32,000 nt of DNA, taken from assembly GCF_000018305.1 (NCBI RefSeq), contig NC_009954.1:1350001-1382000 (forward strand). Direction: 5' to 3'. The translations under genes were made by a program, and so were the position numbers. Shown one piece after another: positions 8,101 through 16,895 of the stretch (the first letter of the stretch is position 1; the number at the start of each line of letters is the position of its first letter). Under the pieces are notes generated by a model that was given only the letters and a program-made list of their open reading frames with translations, was not told the origin of the DNA and made no database searches. The DNA comes from Caldivirga maquilingensis IC-167 (GTDB lineage: Archaea; Thermoproteota; Thermoprotei; Thermoproteales; Thermocladiaceae).

Positions 8101-9096
8101 TTAATTTACTGTAGCGATTGCTTCCTTATCATTCTTGTTATTGCTGCTTAATTGCATTATTCTACGCATGGGGACCATGTTTTGACCCAGTACGCATAGG
8201 CCCCATAGTGCGTTTATTAACGGTGAGTAAACGTTTAGGCTTGCGTACACTATACCAACTAGGTTACCCACAAGTAGCTTCCCCTTCTCAACCTCATGTA
8301 TCCCAAATATTGTTAAAAGTAATGGAACTACGTAGCTGTAGGCTAGTGATGAGGACCAGTAGGTTCTATCGAAGAATATTTGCCTAGTCATACCCTTATA
8401 CCATTTATTTAAGGCATCCCTTATTTGACCTGGTTCAGCGTTACCCTTAAAGTACTCATCAATTAGATGAATAACCTCACTGTAGGATCCCCTCTCCACC
8501 TGTCTCGCCTCCTCAACACCCTTTATGTATGGTTCCATTATTAGGAGCGAGAACGGTGTTGCGGCGATAGCCATGGCGCCAATGACCGAGCTTAGTTGAA
8601 ATATTGTCGCCAGTGACACGGCTGTTGTCAATATGTTGGGTGTGAACGTAGTGTACATGCCTCCAATATTCCACATTACAAAGTCAACATCACTAGCCAA
8701 CCTACCAACCATGTCATTTACGTTAACCGAGTTCCTGGAGCCGTTTAACTCCATTATGATCCCATTCTTAATATTGACAATAGCCTTAGTTACAGTATTC
8801 CAAAAGGGCCTAAACAACCACTCAGTGGCTGCATATATTATTGTAGTTGCTAGTATCATTAATATTGCATTCATTATACCGCTCTCCCTAATGCTTAATG
8901 AACCCCCTGACGCTGAACCCTCCAGTGAATTAACTAGACTGGTTAAGGCGAGAGGCATTAGTGAACCTGATGCAATGGCCCTAAGCACGAAGGCTATTAG
9001 AGCAATGATAAATCCGGCGTTAATCTCCCATGAGTACAGGTATCTTCTGTAAAACTTCCAGGTTAAGTCAAGTACCTCAATTATCTTCAGTTTCAT
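8101..9096 (-). CDS. ABC exporter transmembrane domain protein (type I exporter TMD only, no ATPase domain), 331 aa
   Basis: The N-terminus (WKFYRRYLYSWEINAGFIIALIAFVL...) and the six-TM layout with long intracellular loops resemble MsbA/ABCB-type membrane domains. The ORF stops at the position where the linker to the ATPase domain normally begins. I found no Walker A, signature motif or Walker B in or after it. Confidence 0.6.
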   Translation of the reverse strand: MKLKIIEVLDLTWKFYRRYLYSWEINAGFIIALIAFVLRAIASGSLMPLALTSLVNSLEGSASGGSLSIRESGIMNAILMILATTIIYAATEWLFRPFWNTVTKAIVNIKNGIIMELNGSRNSVNVNDMVGRLASDVDFVMWNIGGMYTTFTPNILTTAVSLATIFQLSSVIGAMAIAATPFSLLIMEPYIKGVEEARQVERGSYSEVIHLIDEYFKGNAEPGQIRDALNKWYKGMTRQIFFDRTYWSSSLAYSYVVPLLLTIFGIHEVEKGKLLVGNLVGIVYASLNVYSPLINALWGLCVLGQNMVPMRRIMQLSSNNKNDKEAIATVN

Positions 9097-9164
9097 AATC
9101 TAAGCCCACTTTATAAGCATTTAAATACCTTGAGGTTAACCTGTGTTTAAAAGCGGGATTAAGC

Positions 9165-9172
9165 TTTTAAAA
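9165..9172 (+). promoter_or_regulatory. TATA box (TTTTAAAA) for the alpha-mannosidase gene
   Basis: Ends 20 nt before ATG 9193, which supports ATG 9193 over the ORF-track GTG 9184. Confidence 0.5.
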
Positions 9173-9192
9173 GTAATGCCTACGTGTTCAGT

Positions 9193-12123
9193 ATGGTTAC
9201 TAGGTCTATTGAGGAATTAGGCGCAAGGTTAGTGTTCGTAATCGCCAGTTCATTCCGAAACATAACGCCACTCAACTGGGATACGGTTGGTGATGGGAGG
9301 TTTAAGCTAAGTGTTAATGCAGGTAATTCAAGTGAATTAATCGTTATTGGTTATAGGGGTAGTGCTTTAGTTAGGCTTAATGGTAAGCCTTACTTTGAAC
9401 TGGATGGGTACCATAAGGCCATTCCCCTACCCAGTGGTTCACATACCGTGGAGGCTGAATTCACACCCTACGCAGCATTCGGTGAATTAGTGGGTATTAA
9501 TGCCGGTAAACCCTACCTGGTTACTAGGGATTACTCAGCGTTGAGGTTTTGGGCGTATGCCTCAAGCACCCTTGAATTAGCCAGGATTATTAATGATGAT
9601 GCAGTTAAGGTGGAGTTACTTAAGGCCTTAACGGAGGCCTTCAGGAAGATTCCCTTCACAAGCGTCTCAAGGGAGCAGTTAATACTTGCAGCTGAACTAT
9701 ACGGTATGCCTTGGAGTGAGAGAATTAACCAAACCATAACCCAGGACTTAGACTACGTTTTCACTGAGGCAAGTGGCGGTAACTTCGATGAGGCCCTTAA
9801 TGTTTTAAGGGGCCGGCTTAATGCCCTTTTACCTAAGTTCGGTAAGGGTGGTTTACTCACTGGTCTTGCCCACGCCCATATTGATACCGCCTGGTTGTGG
9901 AATTTTGATGAGACTAGGCGTAAGGTTCTCAGGACCTTCGCCACCGTTGTCTCATTAATGAGGAGGTTTAACTTCACTTACATGCAGAGTGCAGCCCTAT
10001 ACTACCAGTGGCTTCTTGAGGATGATCCGGAATTATTCAATGAGGTTAAGAGACTTGTTAATGAGGGTAGGTGGATTCTCGGCGCCGGTTGGGTTGAGGC
10101 TGATGCTAATGTGCTTAGTGGTGAATCATGGGCTAGGCAAATGCTTTATAGTCAAAGATTCTACATGAGGCACTTCGGCAGGGTGGCTGAAGTACTATGG
10201 CTACCGGACACCTTTGGATTCAATCAAACGTTACCGCAAATAGCGAGGTTAAGTGGGGTAAAGTTATTTGCAACGCATAAAGTGTACTGGAATGATACAA
10301 ATAAGTTCCCATACAATGTCTTTAATTGGGTTGGACCAGATGGAGATAAGTTACCTGCAGTAACCTTCGGTAACGGTAGGGGTGGTTACAATAGTGACTT
10401 CACAGTGGCCAGTGTCCTTGAGCAGTGGAGGAATTGGGTTGATAAGGATTACCCAATGCTATACAGCTACGGTTACGGTGACGGTGGCGGTGGACCAACA
10501 GTGGAGATGCTGCTTAGGGCTGAGGCCATTAATGAATTACCAATACTACCTAAGGTTGATTTAGTAACCGGCATATCCAAGTACCTTGATGCTAAACCAA
10601 TCAATGAGTGGAGGGGTGAATTATACTTAGAAACCCATAGAGGCACATTAACCTCCCACTCCAAGATGAAGCTCCTTAATAGGAAGTGCGAGATTGCCTT
10701 AAGGGAGGCTGAGCTCTGGAGTGCATTAGCAGGCACCTATGATGCGGTTAAATTCAGTGAACTCTGGAAGACTCTACTCAAGGATCAATTCCACGATGTG
10801 TTACCGGGATCAGCAATAAGGGAAGTTTACCAGAAGGTTGTTTACCAGGAGTTAGAGCAGGTGATAAAGGAGGCTAATGAAATAGCCGTGGAGGCGGCTA
10901 GGAGGATTGCAGGTGAAGGTGAAGCCCTATTAGCCTTCAATTCACTACCATGGGATAGGGTTGACTACGTGGTTGTTAATGAACCAGTTGAGGGTGGTCA
11001 AAGGATTGATGAAGGGTACTTGATCAGGGTTAAGGTACCCAGTGTGGGTTACGCCACGGTTAGGCATATTGAACCCAGTGAACCAGTGAGGATTACTGAG
11101 GATTCTGATGGATACGTTATGGAGAATAGGTTAATTAAGGTTAGGCTTAGTAAGAATGGTAGACTCCTCAGCGTGATTGATAAGGGGAGTGGTAGGGAGT
11201 TACTAAGGGAGCCCAGTAATGTACTGGTGGCTTACGAGAATATGCCTGGTTGGAGTGATGCATGGGATATTGAGAAGGGTTATGAGGAAACCAGCTTCAC
11301 CCTAAACGCCTCAGAGTCCAGTGTTGAATCAAGGGGCCCATTAATGGCTTCAGTTAAGTTTAAGTATGACTTTAGGCGTAGTAGCATTATTCAGGAGGTT
11401 AGGCTCTACGCAGACTCAAAGAGGCTCGACTTCAAGACAACCATTAAGCTTATTGACAGGGAGTTACTGTATAAGGCCTGGTTCCACTTCGACTTAAACA
11501 CTGATGAAGCCTACTTCGATGCACCATACACACCCATTAAGAGACCCACCGTCACTAACACCTCATGGGATTTAGCCCGCTTCGAGGTTCCAATGCATAA
11601 GTGGGTTAGCCTCAGTGAATGCTGCTTCGGTGCGGCGCTCCTTAATGACGGTAAGTACGCCGTTAGCGTTAAGGGCTCCAGTGTAGGTGTTACACTCGCC
11701 AAGACCCCAATATTCCCAGACCCCTCCACTGACCTTGAGGAGGTTACCTTCACGTATAGTTTAATGCCTCATGGAGGCGACTTAATTGAGGTTCATAGAG
11801 CCGCCTGGGAGCTTAACGCACCAATGCTGGTTATTAAGGGTAGGCCAGGTGAGGCTAGCTTAATTAGGCTTAGGCCAAGTAACCTAACGCTTGAGGCAGT
11901 GAAGGTGAGTGAGGATGATTCAAAGGCCTTGGTGATTAGGGTGAGTGAGTTAATTAATGGTAGGGGTATTGGTGAATTAGAGTTACCGTTTAAGCCCAGT
12001 GAGGCCTATGAGACTAACCTAATAGAAACCACTAGAAGCAGTGATGGCATTGAGGTTACTGGGAGCATTGTGAGGTTTAGGTATGGGAATAGGCAGGTGA
12101 AGTCAATTATAGTTAAGTGGTGA
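9193..12123 (+). CDS. GH38-family alpha-mannosidase (about 976 aa)
   Basis: Contains GLAHAHIDTAWLW (GH38 metal-site motif), WLPDTFGF, FHDVLPGS and a long beta-rich C-terminal region, in typical GH38 order. No signal peptide is evident. Confidence 0.9.
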   Translation: MVTRSIEELGARLVFVIASSFRNITPLNWDTVGDGRFKLSVNAGNSSELIVIGYRGSALVRLNGKPYFELDGYHKAIPLPSGSHTVEAEFTPYAAFGELVGINAGKPYLVTRDYSALRFWAYASSTLELARIINDDAVKVELLKALTEAFRKIPFTSVSREQLILAAELYGMPWSERINQTITQDLDYVFTEASGGNFDEALNVLRGRLNALLPKFGKGGLLTGLAHAHIDTAWLWNFDETRRKVLRTFATVVSLMRRFNFTYMQSAALYYQWLLEDDPELFNEVKRLVNEGRWILGAGWVEADANVLSGESWARQMLYSQRFYMRHFGRVAEVLWLPDTFGFNQTLPQIARLSGVKLFATHKVYWNDTNKFPYNVFNWVGPDGDKLPAVTFGNGRGGYNSDFTVASVLEQWRNWVDKDYPMLYSYGYGDGGGGPTVEMLLRAEAINELPILPKVDLVTGISKYLDAKPINEWRGELYLETHRGTLTSHSKMKLLNRKCEIALREAELWSALAGTYDAVKFSELWKTLLKDQFHDVLPGSAIREVYQKVVYQELEQVIKEANEIAVEAARRIAGEGEALLAFNSLPWDRVDYVVVNEPVEGGQRIDEGYLIRVKVPSVGYATVRHIEPSEPVRITEDSDGYVMENRLIKVRLSKNGRLLSVIDKGSGRELLREPSNVLVAYENMPGWSDAWDIEKGYEETSFTLNASESSVESRGPLMASVKFKYDFRRSSIIQEVRLYADSKRLDFKTTIKLIDRELLYKAWFHFDLNTDEAYFDAPYTPIKRPTVTNTSWDLARFEVPMHKWVSLSECCFGAALLNDGKYAVSVKGSSVGVTLAKTPIFPDPSTDLEEVTFTYSLMPHGGDLIEVHRAAWELNAPMLVIKGRPGEASLIRLRPSNLTLEAVKVSEDDSKALVIRVSELINGRGIGELELPFKPSEAYETNLIETTRSSDGIEVTGSIVRFRYGNRQVKSIIVKW

Positions 12124-12688
12124 GGCAGGCTTCAATACTCATTAATATTGAGTGAAGCCTCTCATCACCACCATACTTCACTAACCAATCCACCTCCTCA
12201 CTTAACTTATTGTTAATAACCATGAGGACCTTGCCCCTTAATTCATCAATATTACCCGTGAAAACCAATTGCCTAACCTTACCATTAAACAGCGACTCAA
12301 TATCATTAACGTGGGAACCAGTGACTTCACTAACAGTATTATTGAAAATCTTCACACAGGGCCACCCTAACCTACTGTACTCCTCATATAGTTGAATTGG
12401 GTCACGCCTAATCACCATAACCAAGTCCACGTAGCCGGGGTCCACTAGCTCATAGGCAATGGACTCTAGGGCGCAGTTGACGCCGCAGTTTAAGATAGAC
12501 TTATTAACCAAGTCCGCTGCACAGTCCTTATCAGTGATGTCAAATGACTGGTAATCCTCATTCCACTTAACGCAACCACTACCCAGTAGTAGGTCTGATG
12601 CATTAATTACCTTATACCCTAATTCAGACAGTATTCCTAGGATTGTTGACTTACCTGACTTAGCAACACCAGTAACAAGAATCTTCAC
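12113..12688 (-). CDS. P-loop nucleotide kinase, Fap7/AK6-like (191 aa)
   Basis: Has the Walker A motif MKILVTGVAKSGKST at the extreme N-terminus. The later segment VDLVMVIRRDPIQLYEEYSRLGWPCVKIFNNTVSEV matches the Fap7/AK6 pattern (D.V.VLR..P..L..RL..RG....KI.EN..AE). GTG start directly abuts the upstream stop, preceded by GAGGAGGAGGT. Confidence 0.5.
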   Translation of the reverse strand: MKILVTGVAKSGKSTILGILSELGYKVINASDLLLGSGCVKWNEDYQSFDITDKDCAADLVNKSILNCGVNCALESIAYELVDPGYVDLVMVIRRDPIQLYEEYSRLGWPCVKIFNNTVSEVTGSHVNDIESLFNGKVRQLVFTGNIDELRGKVLMVINNKLSEEVDWLVKYGGDERLHSILMSIEACLTT

Positions 12689-13465
12689 TTAAACCTCCTC
12701 CTCAAGCACTATTGGTGCCTGGGACATGTAGGGTATGTAGACTCCCTTTAATGGACCCTTAACCACAACCCCCATGCCGCTCTCTATTGTGAATTCGTAG
12801 ACCGCTGGTTGAATAGGCTGCCACCTCATCTTCCTAATGAATAAGTACCTCTTAAAACCATCATTAGTCCTAGCTAACCCAAGTATGAAAACCCCTGTGG
12901 CAAGGAACTCCTCGACACCATACCTAGATATGGCCCTTGAACCAGCGGGAACCTCAGTGGTTATTAATGACGTGGCTTGGATCTTCCTCTCAATGCCCAT
13001 AACCAATTCCCTAATATACTCCCTAAGTACCTGTACATCCTTCTCCATGGCAACTAACGGAGCAATGGGATCTATGACCAGTCTCTTAGCGCCAATTGAG
13101 GCTGCGTACTCTGCAATGGATTCAACCATCATTCTAGCAACCACTGATGGATCCTTCTCCCTAATGGTATCTAGTATATCCATTTCAGGAACCAGTACCC
13201 TGAAGAAGCCGGTCCTAGTTAATGCATTAATATCCCAGCCAAACCTCAATGCGCCATTAACGAATTGTTCATAAGTCTCATCAACTGAAACATATATTCC
13301 AGGTTCCCCAAGCCTATAACCATTGATTAGGAATGATAGTGAGAATAGGGTCTTACCTACCCCGGTCTCCCCGGTAACCAGGTAGGTTCTACCTCTAATC
13401 AAGCCACCGCCAATAACCTCATCCAGCCCTGGTATCCCTGTTGGTTCAATATCGTAATACAGCAT
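12689..13465 (-). CDS. KaiC/RadA-paralog-type RecA-superfamily ATPase, single domain (258 aa)
   Basis: Contains GIPGLDEVIGGGLIRGRTYLVTGETGVGKTLFSLSFL (Walker A) and KRLVIDPI (Walker B), as in the KaiC/RAD55/GvpD family. I place the start at ATG 13465 (MLYYDIEPTG...) because a TATA lies 23 nt upstream. The ORF-track start at 13552 would read through that promoter. Confidence 0.8.
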   Translation of the reverse strand: MLYYDIEPTGIPGLDEVIGGGLIRGRTYLVTGETGVGKTLFSLSFLINGYRLGEPGIYVSVDETYEQFVNGALRFGWDINALTRTGFFRVLVPEMDILDTIREKDPSVVARMMVESIAEYAASIGAKRLVIDPIAPLVAMEKDVQVLREYIRELVMGIERKIQATSLITTEVPAGSRAISRYGVEEFLATGVFILGLARTNDGFKRYLFIRKMRWQPIQPAVYEFTIESGMGVVVKGPLKGVYIPYMSQAPIVLEEEV

Positions 13466-13488
13466 TAAGGCTAATCCACCCTGGTGGA

Positions 13489-13497
13489 TATTTAAAT
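13489..13497 (-). promoter_or_regulatory. TATA box (ATTTAAATA on the minus strand) for the KaiC-like gene
   Basis: Lies 23 nt upstream of ATG 13465. Confidence 0.5.
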
Positions 13498-13621
13498 GTT
13501 GCATTGTATTGAGGCTGTTGTTTCGTTTGGTGTAATGGTTGGGGATAGGCATTATTAAGGGGTTTATTAGATAATTACTGGCGCGATAGGTTTATAAAAC
13601 ATTAGGGTAACCCGAACGTTT

Positions 13622-14872
13622 ATGATGCAGGAGGGGAAGGGTAAAGATAGGGCCACTATACTTGGATTAACATCAATCGGTCATTTTATTAATGATGGTA
13701 ATACATGGTTAATACCAGGTATAATACTACCAGTACTTAGTGAAATGGGTGTTAACTACGCTGTAATAGGCTTATTATCAGCATTATACTCAGCTATATC
13801 CGCATTAGCAAGTCCATTAGTGCCGTTAAGCATTAAGTGGCTTGGCGGTCATATGAAGGCAATGGCCCTCGGCATGTTCCTATGGGCGTTCGCAATCGGC
13901 CTATCGTCAATCGGCTTCCTAATCCATGATCTACCCTTAGTTTATGTAGGTGTAGTGTTAGCTGGAGTTGGTGCAGCTTACTATCACCCAATTGGTAGTG
14001 CGCTACTATCCGCCACATACGGTGGAACAGCTGGTTCAGCATTAGGGGTAAATGGTGCATTCGGTAGCCTCGGTAGAACGCTTTACCCATTAATAGGTTC
14101 ATTACTCATATTCGCGGGATCCGTTAGTGAGGCTTATAATCTGTGGGTGTTGGCCTTTATTACGTTTATTGTTGGGCTTTCAGTACTACTCTATGGTGTA
14201 TATAGGTTTGATGTCCATGCCTATGGGAAAAGCACCAGTAGGAGTGATCCATCCAGTAATTCCATGACGCTTAAAGTATCTGTAATGTTGATAATCCTAC
14301 TCTTCATAATCACATTACTAAGAAACACAGCGGGTCAAGGTGTTCAGACGTTCCTCGGCATATACATAAATAAGGTGCTTGGCATTAAACTGAGTGTAAC
14401 GTATGGGGAGGTTCTTTCAATGATCCTAGCCTCAGCTATAGTTGGACAGCCGGTACTCGGTTGGTTAAGTGATAAGGTGGGTAGGAGGTTTATGGCTTCG
14501 CTCTCAACCTTCGCATTCGCCGTACTCTTCATTATTTTCATATATACGGGTAATTTAATTGCAGTGTTCTTAGCAATGCTCTTCGTCTTCAGTAATTTCC
14601 CATTAATAATGGCGGTGCTTGGTGACTTATTCCCAAGGGAGCAGGTTAGTTGGGCTACTTCAATAATATGGAATGGTGCAGTGACTGGAGGTAATGTGCT
14701 TGGTTCTCTAATAACTGGTTTACTTGCTCAATACTATGAACCAATATACGGTGAGGTTGGTGCCCTTGAGCATGCATTACTCATAGTGCTTATACTAGCC
14801 TTCATATCCAGTGCCCTTTGGGTAGTTGTACCTAAACCACCGAAGAGGAGTAGGATTCCGCTTTTCGGTTAA
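13622..14872 (+). CDS. MFS transporter (416 aa)
   Basis: About 12 TM helices split 6+6 by a central hydrophilic loop (YGKSTSRSDPSSNS). It has the MFS-like GWLSDKVGRR loop motif. TATA TTTATAAAA at 13581-13589. Confidence 0.8.
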   Translation: MMQEGKGKDRATILGLTSIGHFINDGNTWLIPGIILPVLSEMGVNYAVIGLLSALYSAISALASPLVPLSIKWLGGHMKAMALGMFLWAFAIGLSSIGFLIHDLPLVYVGVVLAGVGAAYYHPIGSALLSATYGGTAGSALGVNGAFGSLGRTLYPLIGSLLIFAGSVSEAYNLWVLAFITFIVGLSVLLYGVYRFDVHAYGKSTSRSDPSSNSMTLKVSVMLIILLFIITLLRNTAGQGVQTFLGIYINKVLGIKLSVTYGEVLSMILASAIVGQPVLGWLSDKVGRRFMASLSTFAFAVLFIIFIYTGNLIAVFLAMLFVFSNFPLIMAVLGDLFPREQVSWATSIIWNGAVTGGNVLGSLITGLLAQYYEPIYGEVGALEHALLIVLILAFISSALWVVVPKPPKRSRIPLFG

Positions 14873-15432
14873 TCCTTAGATTCCTTAAATTCCTTAAGCT
14901 CCTCATTAAATACACCGCTGAATACATTAAATGCCTCATCATCGTAAAGACATATTATTATCAACCTGACACTCCTCAATCCAGGTGCCTCACGCCTTAT
15001 GGCTTTGGCCATTATCCTAGCGGCCTCATCATAGGGGCAACCGAAGACCCCTGTACTAATGGCTGGGAATGCTATACTCACGATATTCAATTCCTCAGCC
15101 TTCCTCAATGAGTTAACTACAGCATCATTAAGCTTCTCAATAGGTTCAATGCCGCATCTTGGGCCAACGGTGTGAATAATGTACCTTGCCTTCAACCTAC
15201 CAGCCCCAGTGACCGCAACACCACCAACTGGTACTGGGCCATGCTTCTTAACCCACTCCCTCGACTCCTCCTGAATCATCCAACCACCCCTCCTAACAAT
15301 TGCCCCAGCTACACCGCCACCGTGTTCAAGGTACGGGTTAGCGGCATTAACTATGGCATCAACCTCAAGGGTAGTAATATCCCCCTTCATTAACTCAACA
15401 ACCACACCATTAGGGAACTTAAACCTAGGCAT
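14869..15432 (-). CDS. Macro-domain protein (ADP-ribose / O-acetyl-ADP-ribose binding or hydrolase), 187 aa
   Basis: Contains GDITTLEVDAIVNAANPYLEHGGGVAGAI and AFPAISTGVFGCP, which are canonical macro-domain motifs. Confidence 0.9.
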   Translation of the reverse strand: MPRFKFPNGVVVELMKGDITTLEVDAIVNAANPYLEHGGGVAGAIVRRGGWMIQEESREWVKKHGPVPVGGVAVTGAGRLKARYIIHTVGPRCGIEPIEKLNDAVVNSLRKAEELNIVSIAFPAISTGVFGCPYDEAARIMAKAIRREAPGLRSVRLIIICLYDDEAFNVFSGVFNEELKEFKESKD

Positions 15433-15598
15433 TAGGATGCTTCAGTGAGTTGACTTAAATGCATTACAATTTATTCATGGTAGTGGTATTAATATTGCAG
15501 TAGTGTTGGCTTAAGGGTTTAAGTCTTCAGTATAATCCCATTCCCTAAGGCGTGGGAGGTGTTGCTTCAATAAGCCTCCTGAATGAAATCAAGTATTC

Positions 15599-16723
15599 TT
15601 ACTCCTGGATTCTACTCCTCCTTTTAGTGTCCCTAGCCTTGGATACGTTCTTAATTATGCTTTGCATTATCTTATCCATAGCCTCCCTAATGGCGCTCAC
15701 CGGATCCCTATCCTCGGCTGTGGCTGTGTGGAGTTCCTTATCATCCTTAAGCCTCACAGTGACCTCATACCTCTTCCCAGAGTCCCTGGCCCTTATGTCA
15801 ACCTTAAAATCAACCACATTAACCAGCTTACTAATCTTCTCTAAGTGATTATTAATCACCTTCTCTATTAATGGTTTAGCATCATTATTAATCTCTATCC
15901 TAGCTTGAATAGGGAGGATTATTTTCTTAGAGTCCATGTAGGCCTTAAGCACGTCACTGCCTGATAATACACCAACAACCCCGCCATCATCCGTTACTAT
16001 TAAGCCTGTAACACCCTTACTGACCATCAAATCCACGGCCTTGGTTAATGGCTTATCGGAACCTATGGAGTAAACCTGAGTAGTCATTATACTACTCACT
16101 GGCGCGGCCAGGAACTCCTCTTCGCCCGAGAAGTCACCCCTCCTAGATCTCCTGGGCATTGATACGTAGTATATTTTCTCAATTAAGTCTGTTAACGACA
16201 CCACCCCAACTAGCCTATTACCATCAACCACAGGTAACCTACTAATACCGTGCTTGATCATTAGCCACCTAGCCTTAGCAACATTATCGCTCGGGGTTAT
16301 TGTTAGGACTGGCTTAGTCATGTAATCCCCAACCTTAGCGTTAGCCGGTAATTGATCCTTTATGGCTGTGAGTAATCTGCTCCTAGTTAATATGCCGATT
16401 AACTTACCATTATTATCAATAACAGGGTACTCCCTAAGCCTAGTTTCGTAGAACTTCCTAACAACATTATCAATATCACTGTTGAGGCTTATTGAGTGGG
16501 GTGGAAGCATTACTGAGGATGCCCTTGACCCGAGAGGAGCCTTCCTCCTTAGTAAATCCCTGTAATCTATTACACCAATTAGTTTACTTGAATCATTAAC
16601 CACGGGTGCGGTGTGAATCCTCAACTCCCTCATCTTGGGTATTATTGAGGATAACCTGTCCTTAGCATTAACCACCACTGGTGACTCTTGAATAAGTTCA
16701 CTCAACATTAAGTTATAATCCAT
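15599..16723 (-). CDS. Four-CBS-domain protein fused to a C-terminal HPF/RaiA (ribosome hibernation factor)-like domain
   Basis: Four CBS repeats, each ending in the pattern h.PVVD..GKLIGVh...DLL. The last 106 aa (nt 15602-15919) are ILPIQARIEINNDAKPLIEKVINNHLEKISKLVNVVDFKVDIRARDSGKRYEVTVRLKDDKELHTATAEDRDPVSAIREAMDKIMQSIIKNVSKARDTKRR. By eye this aligns along its length with E. coli HPF/RaiA (..I.G....IT.AL...V..K..KL........V..V.L.......A...........A....D.Y.AID...DKL.RQL.K.K). I prefer the start at ATG 16723 (MDYNLML...), and the ORF-track ATG 16765 is also possible. Confidence 0.8.
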   Translation of the reverse strand: MDYNLMLSELIQESPVVVNAKDRLSSIIPKMRELRIHTAPVVNDSSKLIGVIDYRDLLRRKAPLGSRASSVMLPPHSISLNSDIDNVVRKFYETRLREYPVIDNNGKLIGILTRSRLLTAIKDQLPANAKVGDYMTKPVLTITPSDNVAKARWLMIKHGISRLPVVDGNRLVGVVSLTDLIEKIYYVSMPRRSRRGDFSGEEEFLAAPVSSIMTTQVYSIGSDKPLTKAVDLMVSKGVTGLIVTDDGGVVGVLSGSDVLKAYMDSKKIILPIQARIEINNDAKPLIEKVINNHLEKISKLVNVVDFKVDIRARDSGKRYEVTVRLKDDKELHTATAEDRDPVSAIREAMDKIMQSIIKNVSKARDTKRRSRIQE

Positions 16724-16847
16724 GTTAGGTCTTAAAAAAGTTATGCCTATAATTACCACATCCACACCTCGTCTAATCCATCATTGGTAACTTTACTCAT
16801 TCACACTTCAATGAAACCTATTAAGGCGGGGAACTTTAGTAGTAAAG

Positions 16848-16855
16848 CTTATAAG
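16848..16855 (+). promoter_or_regulatory. TATA box (CTTATAAG) upstream of carA
   Basis: Lies 41 nt upstream of the carA ATG and about 26 nt upstream of the mini-ORF ATG at 16882. Confidence 0.45.
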
Positions 16856-16895
16856 TAGGATTATTAGTAGGGTTTGTTGATATGATGGGACGAGC

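Noticed and set aside
8633-9052. 139-aa + strand ORF (similarly 12837-13274, 21880-22209, 672-896, and the other 60-110-aa ORFs nested in larger genes)
   Set aside because: Each lies wholly inside, and antisense to or out of frame with, a longer ORF that carries clear family motifs. None has an independent promoter or recognisable motif.
15552-15848. 98-aa + strand ORF (and the 60-aa ORF at 15662-15844)
   Set aside because: Both are antisense to the HPF-like domain of the CBS protein. The L/S-rich composition is typical of shadow ORFs in this codon-usage regime.
14869-16723. Functional link between the macro-domain gene and the CBS-HPF gene
   Set aside because: They share a strand but are separated by 166 bp that contains a separate TATA for the macro gene (about 15457-15465). 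Adjacency alone does not support a shared system.
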